Origin: Azolla caroliniana
Taxonomy: Eukaryota > Plantae > Polypodiophyta
Length of the DNA stretch: 64,000 bases
Assembly: GCA_043228905.1 (NCBI GenBank)
Contig: JBHGNT010000001.1
Span: 27,528,001 to 27,592,000 of the forward strand
Direction: 5' to 3'
This document shows, piece after piece, positions 24,174-35,248 of the stretch. The translations under genes and the position numbers were made by a program. The notes beneath the pieces are model-generated. The model was not told where the DNA came from. It searched no databases and saw only the letters and a program-made list of their open reading frames with translations. The number at the start of each line of letters is the position of its first letter. Position 1 is the first letter of the stretch.

Positions 24174-24759
24174 CTATGTCTAGCGTGCAGCTATATGAGT
24201 AAACTTGTAGAAAGATTGCAGATGTGATGGTGGAGCATCTCAAGTATTTTACTAATTCAAATATAGCACCACTTTATACCTCGACAGCGTGTTATCTTTC
24301 ATCTGGCTGATTTTGTTATTGCTTAAACTTGCTGAAAGAGTTTCCAATCCTTGAACCAATTGATGTTATTATCTATTGGTTTTCTTTGTAACAATGTAAA
24401 CAACCTTGTGATGTTTGTATATCCTGGGACCTAAACCTCAAACACACCCATATTAGGATACCACTCTTATCGTATTTTATAATCAGGCTCAAATGAATAT
24501 AAAGCATGGTTGATTGATGTGTTTATGTGGATCACTTAATTTGAACTTCAACTGTTAATTTATTCAGGAATGATATATATTTCTTTGTATGCCATTGATA
24601 TTAAGAGGTATGTTAATTTCGTTAAACATTAGATATGATGTACCCTGATTTCCATTGTATTTGTTTAATGAAAAGAAAAAAATTAATCTTTTTGTTTTGA
24701 GTATGAACCCTCAGGAAGAATGAAATAAATCTATTTGATATACAGTATGAACTGTAATG

Positions 24760-25098
24760 ACGAATAAAATAAATCCAGTAACACGAAGGTGAAAATGTTT
24801 GTTCAGCTCTTTAAGGGATGATCTTTCTGGTGTGTATGTCTCTCTATTCTCTGTATGCACATTGAGTGATCCTCTGAAGCACATGAGTGTTCTTTGTGCT
24901 TAAAGTTCAGACGAATGAAATAAATCCAGTAACAAGAAAGTGAAAATTTATCTAATTGCAATGAGACAGCTGGTAAAGAAAGGTTTGTTCAGCCTTTTAA
25001 GGGATGATTTTTCTGGTGTGTTTGTCACACCATTCTCTGTATGCAGAGTGAGTGATCCTCTGAAGCACATGTGTGTTTTTTGTTCTTTAATTTCAGAC
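24760..25098. repeat. Diverged tandem duplication (~150-190 bp units) with hairpin potential
   Basis: AAATAAATCCAGTAACA...GTTTGTTCAGC...AAGGGATGAT...GAGTGATCCTCTGAAGCACATG...TTCAGAC present twice. Confidence 0.8.
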
Positions 25099-26869
25099 CT
25101 GAAGGTGTTTATATATATGATCAGGTTACAATTGACATTTCTCATCTATTTATGAATTGATTAAGATTTGAATGTTCAATTTGTGAAAGCTCAGAAATCT
25201 CATCCTAGTTACTGAAGATGACATGCCCATGCATTTTTCTATTGGTATTGTTGGGGAAATTTTTTTATATGATATCCTAAACGAGTCTTTCTAGTGTTTA
25301 AGCTGATTCGCCATGTTTCCATGTACTGGGTTTTTGATGAGTGAGGAACTAGTTGGAAGGCTATGCATGCTAATGTGGCAGCAGCCATGTTACTTGAAAT
25401 CCTCCATGAGGCAACAATAATGTACTTATGGTGTATATCCTATTGCATTGTGTATTCAATCAACCCAGACAAAAATAGTCTTCTCCACTTTTGGCCATGC
25501 TACAATACTCCCCAAGTTGGTAACATTTTCTTGACAAACTTAGATTGTAAGAATAAACCTAAACAAGACATAGGGTCTATATAATTGTCCATAAACTTCT
25601 CAATATCATGACACGGTGAAGGATAGGATCATGATCAAATTGTTCTCTCACATAATCTAAAGCATTTAGATTGTCCACAAAACATGATGATGAGCTTCTC
25701 AATGGGCATGGCATAATCACATAATTCTTCTCTTGCATAATTTGACAATTGTATGATAGGTTAAGTGTTTAAGTTGTCCACAAAAGCAACCACAATGAGC
25801 TTCTCTATGGGCATGGCATAATCACGGCTTTCGGTCTTGAAGTCCCTTTATACATTCTTCTTGTCTCTACATTAGTGATGGTGGTTCTTTAGGGTGACAT
25901 GAATCTTGTATGCTTAATATACTTGCAATTGCTTGGAGAGTTGCATTCTTAATGTTTGAAGATTGGAAGCAATGATTGTGATGTATTATCCTTACAAATG
26001 AAGGGGTCAATCTTTTGCATCAACTTGATTTATGAAAACCATTCAATTTAGCTTGGGATGTCTTATAAAATAAAATTGATCCAATTGTCAATCTCACCCT
26101 TAGATCCATTTGTGAATATCAAAAATACCTTGATTGATTAAGAGTTGTGTTCAAGCCAATGATGATATTTCAAACCCATACATCTCTTCATTTACAATTA
26201 GCTAATTCCCAATGCTATTGGTAACAAGGGGATCCTTGATTCCTTAACAATAATGCGGTTAAGGAAGACAATATTAATGATACTCTACTCAGTTGCTCAA
26301 TAAATAAGAAAGAAGGAATGTTATGCAAAAGAATGCATAATGACACAAGGAAAACAAGGTACTCGAAATTTATCATACATATGCATATTTTATTATTTGA
26401 GAACTATCCAAGAATTGATATTCAACTTGCTAACAAATGAACAACCTGATATTCATTGTTCCTTTTCAGATTAAAGGGAGTTGAATATGAACCATGGGCT
26501 ATTGTATACTGTAGGTCATTGTTGATTTACATAGTTGAGCTTTCTATTTAGATTTCCATTTGCCCTCAAAGGTAGCGTCATTGGCTAGTATCATCACCTA
26601 GTAAATATATCTTAGATAATAGCTTGAAGCATTGAGTAACTACCCACCGTCCATTAATTATGTGATATTGTATAATTGTGCATACACTATACACCATCAC
26701 CATTAGAAGCATTTTATCCTCATTGCTATGATTGGCTCCAACAACCTCAATCAGGTGATACCATCGCCCTTGGCATTCTTCAATATGTTCCCATGTCATC
26801 ATTGCGTTAGGAAAGCCAACTAATTATTCTTGTAAATAGATATATGAGAGAGAGAGAGTTTTGCCTAGA

Positions 26870-26939
26870 TGGATGTAGCTCAATTGGTAAAGTTGCCCAA
26901 TGGAGACCAGGTGGTCATGGGTTCAACCCCTACATTCGA
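26870..26939 (+). pseudogene. tRNA-like sequence (tRNA pseudogene or tRNA-derived SINE head)
   Basis: A-box TAGCTCAATTGGTA, B-box GGTTCAACCCC (26920-26930), acceptor-like pairing GGATGT/ACATTC; the anticodon arm does not fold cleanly. Confidence 0.55.
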
Positions 26940-26989
26940 CAATGGCATCTAGTGAATTAAGAGTATATGAAGTGTATAATAGAGAGGTG

Positions 26990-27135
26990 AGGAAATTGGG
27001 TTTCGAACCCATGATGCAGTGCTTGTAGTGTTAATAACTTATCACGAGGGTAAGGTAATTACGAAAGAGAGAGAGGGAAAGAGATTTTATTAGTGTTAAT
27101 AACTTACCGCTAGGGTAAGGTAATTACGAAAGAGA
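26990..27135 (-). other. Second tRNA-derived (SINE-like) head, with a duplicated 5' part
   Basis: Minus-strand B-box GGTTCGAAACCC (26998-27009); A-box-like TACCCTAGCGGTAAG / TACCCTCGTGATAAG in two ~45-bp copies. Confidence 0.4.
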
Positions 27136-27803
27136 CTAAAAATATAACATTTTCATGTAGTACACGTGAAAGTGAGCAGTGAGTTGCAACACTTGATGTT
27201 CAAGAGCTCTATCGACCAACAGATGTCGCAATCAAGAGTGCACATCGTGAGCGTGAGAGAAAATTCATGCAGGGAATTGGGTTTGGTCAGAAGATGGTGT
27301 GGAAAGCGAAAGTCGGATGAGATGAAAGGCAGAGAGAGGGAGCACTCTATCGGAGAATGTGAGATACTCTGAGACTATATCCAAAGAGTGTGAGATACTC
27401 TACAGAACTCCCGAACTTGTTGAGTTCGGGTAGAAGTGTGCATAGTCAGATAACTCTCATTACCTGTGCGTGCCCGCCCGCCCACCTACCTGCCCGAATG
27501 CGCTGTCTCACAATCAGAGCGAGTGTGGAGGAACTAAGTCGGGCGCGTGTGTGGACGACGGACACAATGCTTCTTGGAATGAGAGATTTTGAAGAAGGCT
27601 GGAGTTTGAGGCAATGAAGGGTCTTTCTTTCTTATTTATGGAGATTTTGAAAATAGGCCTACACAGAGAGACATACACATACATACATACATACATACAT
27701 ATAGGTTGTCTTCAAGATTACTCTGTTCCTGTTCCTGCCTCTGTGTGTACACCTCCCAACCCAAGTTCGATCCTTTGTAAGATCTCCCCTCCACGAAGAA
27801 GCC

Positions 27804-29985
27804 ATGGACTCCTCCAGGAGGAACAACCAGCAGAAGGGCATTCTCTGGAGGCTTCCTACCCTTCGAACTCCAGAGCTCGGGAAGCTCGGCCCTGCCTTCG
27901 GATATGGCGTCGGCTGCGGTGTTGGCTTCGGCGTTGGCCTTGTTGGAGGTACACCGGATCTCTTCTTGATTCTTCTTTCTCTCCTCGTTTTCTTTTGCTG
28001 TTACCTGTTTTTGGTTATTTGCCTTCATCCAAGATAAACTCCCCCCCGGATTGCATCCGATCCAACCTTTCTGACTGCGGCTCCTACTGAAAACCTGTTT
28101 GAAGCTCGCATTCATTCGCTCTAGTCTTTACTCGTTCTGGAGAGGTTCAAGATGATGGAAAAAAGATAAAAGATTTACAAATACATGCCCAAGTCTTCTG
28201 AAAATGATGACCGTTTTTCTGATGATTCTTTTTCTAGGTATATGCAAGGTTTAAGAGGATAGGAAATGATTAGGATTTACTCATAGATTCCTGAGTCCCC
28301 TTGAACTGTTGACCTTTCCTGATGAATTTCCTTTAGGTGTGAGAGTTTGTTCCAAGTATCTGTGAATTGTAGAAACATCATCCTTTTCTGAATCCTTATG
28401 CTTATTGCAGCTCGTGATGGTCTAGAGTATGGAAAATGAAAGAACTTTTTATACAAGGGCGTGTTAACACTTTTGGAATTGATGACTTTCCTTTAGGATC
28501 TCGTAAGATTCAAGATGATTGGAAATGCCTAAGCTTTGCAAATAGGTTCTTAGGTTATGGCCTTGCCTGATGCATTTCCCGGTAGGAATTTTATTTTAAG
28601 GCACACACAGAGAAACAGGTCCCTTGTCTGATTTGCTGTTCACACTTTTGGAATTGATGACTTTCCTTTAGGATCTCGTAAGATTCAAGATGATTGGAAA
28701 TGCCTAAGCTTTGCAAATAGGTTCTTAGGTTATGGCCTTGCCTGATGCATTTCCCGGTAGGAGTTTTATTTTAAGGCACACACAGAGAAACAGGTCCCTT
28801 GTCTGATTTGCTGTTCACACTTTTGGAATTGATGACTTTCCTTTAGGATCTCGTAAGATTCAAGATGATTGGAAATGCCTAAGCTTTGCAAATAGGTTCT
28901 TAGGTTATGGCCTTGCCTGATGCATTTCCCAGTAGGAGTTTTATTTTAAGGCACACACAGAGAAACAGGTCCCTTGTCTGATTTGCTGTTCACACTTTTG
29001 GAATTGATGACTTTCCTTTAGGATCTCGTAAGATTCAAGATGATTGGAAATGCCTAAGCTTTGCAAATAGGTTCTTAGGTTATGGCCTTGCCTGATGCCT
29101 TTCCCAGTAGGAGTTCTATTTTTAAGCACACACAGAGAAACAGGTCCCTTGTCTGATTTGCTATTCACATAGGTGACTGAAAATAATAAAGATTTTCACA
29201 GATTCTGAGGTTTCTGGAATTGGCTTCTACTTTTCTGATGGTTTCTCTTCAGGACTAACAACTTGTTAAAGAGATGTCCTTATAAACTTGAGTGGACACT
29301 GGGGCAATGTCGATCCTTGTTTCCTTTGAAATGTGGGTGGCACTAATCAAAGAGGTCCCTCTATATATGATGGAACATGATAAACATTTGCACACATTCC
29401 TACGGCTTCTGGAATTGGTTTCTAGTTTTCTAAAGGCTTTTCTTCTGTACTGTGGTATTATTTGAAGTATATGCTCTTGGATAAAATCTAGATCTCGTTC
29501 ATTCATTTATTCTTCAAACATCCAAGACAAGCATATCTTATCAGAGTGATTATTTTATTCCTCAAAGAAGAAATTTGCATCTGTTATAATTTTAGTTTGT
29601 TTATAGAAATCCATTGTCTTCCTTCAAAGGTGCTGGTATAGGGTTTGGTCTTCCTGGTCTCCAATTTGGTACGGGCATTGGAGCTGGATGCGGTATCGGT
29701 ATCGGATTAGGGTATGGGGTTGGTCTTGGGAGGGCATATGATGAGAATGGAAAGCATAACAACCTCTTTCTAAGGAAAGGAGACAGCTCCCCTATGTAAG
29801 AATTTTTTTCTCAATAGAATATGTAGGTGTCATAAATTGATAATCATCCATTCGTGCCATGTGAAAATCAAGTAATCTAAATAGTGTTATATTGTTGTAG
29901 GGGCCAAATAGGGGATGCTATCGATGACTTTGTGATTAGCTTGACACGAGCTTTAGACCAGATTGATGGGAAGAGGCGACGATAA
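27804..29985 (+). CDS. Small glycine-rich (GxGxG-repeat) protein, At4g10330-like/TGD5-related; exons 27804-27948, 29630-29795, 29901-29985
   Basis: GT-AG junctions are in phase. Product: MDSSRR..KGILWRLP..LGKLGPAFGYGVGCGVGFGVGLVGGAGIGFGLPGLQFGTGIGAGCGIGIGLGYGVGLGRAYDE...GKRRR*. Family assignment is from memory. Confidence 0.8.
28467..29166. repeat. Intronic tandem array, 4 x 175 bp, near-identical
   Basis: ACACTTTTGGAATTGATGACTTTCCTTTAGGATCTC at 28467, 28642, 28817 and 28992. Confidence 0.95.
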
Positions 29986-32560
29986 TGAAATCGTCCTGAT
30001 TCGAGGCTCTGGTGCCATGTTTAGATTTTCTATTAGGGAGGAAAGATGTCCCCCCACTTGACCGTTAAAGATATGGGTTCTAAAAATGATATCATTGTGT
30101 TGTGCAAGCAAACAACCTAGTTCTGTAAATAGAAAACTAATATGATTGGCATTCTTCTTAGATGGCTTTCTTCCATGTTGAACTTATTCATGATAAAATT
30201 AACAATGACATGTCATCATCCAAGTTTGATGATGTCTTCAGTTTTTCATAACATAATTGTCTATTGTAGGTTACTTCAAATTAATGTGTTCACGAATACA
30301 CTATAACATAAAGCTCCAGAGATCCTTCTGTAAAACACATTACTGATCGCAGTGGGATGGTTGCACTCCCTGCGTAGATGTAATAAAATAAACCCAATGG
30401 ACATAATCCTGTGTGAAAGAAAATGTTATATTGGGTTACAAACATTGAACACGTGTTGTGTTCATTTCATGGAAAGAATTTGACTTTGTTAGTCTGAAAA
30501 AGGAACCACAGCAGTGAGCACATCTGACATCTTAAATTGGATTATTTAGTGAAAGTCTGTGGCATCTTGCCTTTTGAGAATTCTAAAAGGCAAGAAATTT
30601 GTGTGGGAAAGTTTAGAAAGAAAGAAAGGATGGCATAAGGCACTGCATTCGGCATTCCATATAAATAATGATCATATAAAATTGCTTGATAATGATCGTG
30701 TGTAAAAGTAAAACTTCCCCATAATTCACATGTTCATTCGTATTGCATGCTGCATTCTGAGTAAACTAAATGAAAACAATGGTCATATAACCTTTCTTGA
30801 CAGGGGAAGAAAGTGGGAAAGATCATGTGTAAAAGTTAAAACTGTACAACAATTGACATTTTGGCAAGGTATCGAGTTAGAGAACTCATTTTATAGGTTC
30901 TCTCACTGAAAAACTAGAACCTAACAAATAAGAATAGCTTGTTCCTCTACTCTAACAAGTAAGATTCTGTGGATTGAGTTTTGAGATTTAGATTGTTTTA
31001 ACCGATAAACCCTATGAGGAAACAATCACTTGAATATAAACTTTCATGATTGCAGATTTTGTCATTTTTACCACATGATGTGCATATCGTGGTTGCTCAT
31101 GATAGAGTCTCCAGTAAAAGCTATATTTTACTTCCTCAAACATGTGGCAACTTGCTTTTTCAAGCACATGATGGTTTTGCTGCTGCTTTCACCATAATTG
31201 ACAACACTATTTAAATTACATCCACAGGGGAGACATTCAGAAATCATCTTTCACAACACAGCTATAGCTTGATCACGTAGACCTTTTTAAGGTTGTTTGA
31301 TTTCCTTCTAAGAGATATCTCAACATCTCAACTTGAATAGGTATGACAATGCCCAGTTATTTCGATATTAGATAGGAGTGATCAATGGGTTATAAATATT
31401 ATATATAAAAATGGTATTTATCAAAAAGGTCAACATCTGCTAAACAGAATTATAATGTGAAAAATTCTCTAAATGGCACCCAACATTGCTTGATCACGAT
31501 CAATATTCAACACAATATGATTTTGTCATGACTAAATTGAAATTGTTATTTATTTATCAGGATCATATGTTTTACCATCTCAATTGTTCCAAGCTCTTTA
31601 ACATTTCGGTCTTTTAGACACACAAGAGCTATGCAAAGTAAAACATCTATCCATACAAGAAGAATTCGTCACTTGCACATATCAAAGATATACTATAGCC
31701 CCATAATCAACAAATTGGTTTGTATGAATGTATGTATAGATGATCAAAGTCAACATGACCCATGCGAGAAGATAATGTATTAATCCAACACGAACCACAC
31801 AAAAAGATAATTTCTTAATAAAAGCCTACACTATTTGATAATAAATTGGAAGAACTTACAAATTTGCGGACAATCTGCTGAATAAGAATGTTGGCTATTC
31901 TTCAAGTATGATAAAGAAAAAGATATTCAGAGCATGAACACAACAACGTTGATTATGCACCTGAATATACTTGAATCATAGAACACCACATATTTTCTCA
32001 GCATTAAATACCAAATAAAATTTAAACATAAATCATCAAACCAAAATACATGTACACAACGCACTGATAATTTTCTAAACAGCTACAGATCAATTGGGTT
32101 AAGCTGAGGACACACAAACAAGATGATGTTGCTATTAAAAATGCAGAATGCAAACACAAGAGCTGAATGCAGAGAGTAATCATAAGGTTCTTGGATAGCC
32201 ATGAAAGACGACACTTCCTTCATATCTTCCCAGACATTTAACAAGTTCTATCAGCCTGAACAAAACCCTATAAAACTCTCAACTTGATAAGATACTCGTG
32301 CTACATTTCTACTAGTAATCTAACATGAAGGCTTTCCGATTTTTGAGTCTTGCAATATTTTCTACTAGTAACTGACATAAAACTTATCATTTTGATATGC
32401 CACACTTGAAAAATACTTTCACTAGTAATCTGACACCAAACTTTCTTCTCGTTCCAAAATGCAGATTTTGTGTACCAGTTTCCACTGGCAATCTAACATA
32501 AATAAAGCTACTTGCATCCTGATATGTGATGTTCTTGTTACTTATCTTGTTTTTTGGTAA

Positions 32561-33238
32561 TTAGTTGTAATTCTGATGTCTTCGGTTGCGAGGATTCATC
32601 CGATTCTTCTTCTCATTCTCGAAGTGAAGCCTCATCATCTCAATCGTCTTCTGTTCACTAGGTGGGGCAAACTCGGGCTTCTTGATCGAAACAATCTCTC
32701 TTCCAGCTCCACCTCTGCACACAATCCTCACAGTGATCTCCTGCCCTTCTTTAAACAGCCTTCTGAGGATGGCCAGGCCTCCAGTAAACCCTAAATCGTC
32801 TGCAGGAAGGTAAGCATCTCTTCCCGTTGGAAGCTTGAGAAAGTATCCTACAGGCATCACATCAGATATGACAGCTTGGTACGTGTTTGGGTCATCTTTC
32901 TGGAGAAGTTTCTTGGGATCCATGTCAATCTGGGCGACCTGTTCATCCAGGTCTAGCTCGGAGACATCTGGGGCTGGCTGGCGCCGATAGTTCCTGTCAG
33001 AAGGACGGCGAGCGCTCATGGAGTTCATGATGAGCGTGAGAGGACGAGGGTGGGGAGGCAATCCATGGTAGGATAAACGAGGAATCGCGGGCTGAGGAAA
33101 CCCTAACCTTAAACCTGACCCGAGCTTCCTGCTTTGAGATACAACGCTGCTACTACTGTTGCAGCAGCAGCTCCTGTTGAGAAGGTGAGCAGAAGAATAC
33201 ATACGAATGGAAGAGGTGAGGTGCGACATGGTCTTCAT
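32561..33238 (-). CDS. Single S1 (OB-fold) RNA-binding-domain protein with organellar presequence, paralog 3 (most diverged)
   Basis: 225-aa uninterrupted ORF. Ser/Arg-rich N-terminus. TYQAVISDVMPVGYFLKLPTGRDAYLPADDLGFTGG...FKEGQEITVRIV...REIVSIKKPEFAP. Confidence 0.82.
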   Translation of the reverse strand: MKTMSHLTSSIRMYSSAHLLNRSCCCNSSSSVVSQSRKLGSGLRLGFPQPAIPRLSYHGLPPHPRPLTLIMNSMSARRPSDRNYRRQPAPDVSELDLDEQVAQIDMDPKKLLQKDDPNTYQAVISDVMPVGYFLKLPTGRDAYLPADDLGFTGGLAILRRLFKEGQEITVRIVCRGGAGREIVSIKKPEFAPPSEQKTIEMMRLHFENEKKNRMNPRNRRHQNYN

Positions 33239-33298
33239 TTCCGAAGTGAGGAGAAGGCAGGATCCAGCTGAAGCACAGGAGAAGAAGAAGGTGCAGAG

Positions 33299-33335
33299 AA
33301 ACCCTACCCTACACAGAAGAAGCAGAGAAACCCTA
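33299..33335. promoter_or_regulatory. Two telo-boxes upstream of S1 paralog 3
   Basis: AAACCCTA at 33299-33306 and 33328-33335. Confidence 0.5.
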
Positions 33336-35248
33336 CTCTACTACGCAGATGAAGAGATGAAGGGTTTTTGCAGAAGAGATTTGATGTGTATGTATATGGA
33401 TATATATATCCTGGGACCGGTTTCACACCTGGGCGGCCAGAAACCCTTTGGGCGATTGAGTGCTGGGTATTGAGCCCCCATGGCTCGGGTTGGGTCGGTC
33501 GGTGCCCTACTAATAATAAATCTCTCTTGTCTCTTCTTCCATAAATGGAGTACCGACACACCCAATTGAAGGATTTTGTAGAGAATTCATACGCAACTGG
33601 CAACCGATAAGAATATGCCCTTTTACCATCAACTTTGTTTGGTAGTGGTCTCTACATATTGTCTGTACTGTACATATATAGATCGGCTGCTTGGACGTGG
33701 TCATTGTTTTTAGGTACCTTCAAATCGACATACCTAACTAACCCCTTCGAGACATGTGTCTAGCTAGGAAATCGGAATTCCACCCAACCCAAGCACTGTG
33801 AAAATGAGAACACTTGTTGCTTGAGCACATGCCAATGATAGGGAGGGAGTTTGAGCATTTAGCATTTAATGCATTTGCGGTGCAAGTACTATGCTCTTAC
33901 ATTATAACCTCCTACTTTTTGTTGGTTCTAGAACAGGGTAGAATGCAAACTGAGTTTTGTGCTTTTCAAATAGCTCACGAGTCCATGCTGAATGTGAGGA
34001 AATTGGATGTTCAACAAATTTCTTTCATCCAATTGGGTCAAAGACATCTGAAAAATATTTCGCAAATGGTACACGAAATAATAGTTTCATGTGTAAGTAG
34101 AGGAAACGAAAAGAATAGGAGAACATGAAACCATGTTCTACCAATGTATATGTAAACGGGTTCCAAGAGAGTATATTAAACATTATATTTATGCATAACA
34201 AGTGGATAATAAAGGGGGATGAACATGTATCCATATTTTACTTGGGTACATTGGAAACTCTCTACAAAGAAAATGGAGAACCCCATTATAGGTTGAACTT
34301 TGAGTATTATTGCAACTGCCACACTAAATATTAGGAAAGTTGTGGAGAGGGATTGGTTTGTGTCTTAATATCTCATTGAGGCAACCAAACATACAATCGT
34401 GTTGGTAATAGAAACCATGGGTGGTAAAATGATAGCGAGAGAATTTGAGGACATACGACGTCAGGCTTCCTCAATGTGGTACAAAGAGAATAATATGTTT
34501 GCTTGGAATGCGGTGCATAGGAGGACGTTATGCTTGACCTGTAGGAAATTCTATCATGTTGCACTTGCTTTGAAGAAATCCAAAATGTGATGGAACCATG
34601 ATCAACGACATTAGGCATGATCCTTACATGTGGAATACGAAAACTGTGATTTAGTCACAAGCTTGATTTTGCCTACATGGTTAGGTAGAGTGTTTCGATA
34701 TCTATTGTTGGTGTCCACTGACGCTATTGTATATCTCCAACAACATCTCAGTTGCTCTCATTTGTTTTCACGATGGGTAATTGGATTCATTTGTATGTTA
34801 GACTCGGAGGAACGATACAAAACAACATCACATAGAATAAGGAAAAACCAAGAAAGTAGCCAACCACTCATCAATAAGGAGATGGGCACACGCATGCATA
34901 GGCGATAGGCATGACATGGTGGCGGTGAGCTTGAACCAACAATGGAGTCGATCCAATGATATGGGCGAGGCAGCCTGAGATGCCGCAATCAAGCAATCAA
35001 CCCATGAATCGATCAATGGAGAGTGGAGAGAGACAGAGACACAATCTAATGTGACCTATCTAATCATCCATACAACCACTGGCTTGTTTTGTTTGTCCAT
35101 GGACCATGTATGTATGTATGTATGTATGTATGATGTATGTATCATTGTATGCATGCATGCATGCATGTATATAGATATGTATGTATGTATGTATGTATTT
35201 TGTTGTTTGTTTTGGTTTCGTCCCATAGCTAGCTAGCTAGCTATAGCT

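Noticed and set aside
26870-26939. Functional tRNA gene
   Set aside because: The anticodon arm does not pair and there is no poly-T terminator right after it; kept only as tRNA-like.
28467-29166. Regular repeat array as a possible CRISPR
   Set aside because: Whole units repeat with no unique spacers, there are no cas genes, and it lies in a eukaryotic intron.
34100-35020. Possible decayed LINE remnant between S1 paralog 3 and gatA
   Set aside because: Only vague Trp/Cys spacing; not enough to call by eye.
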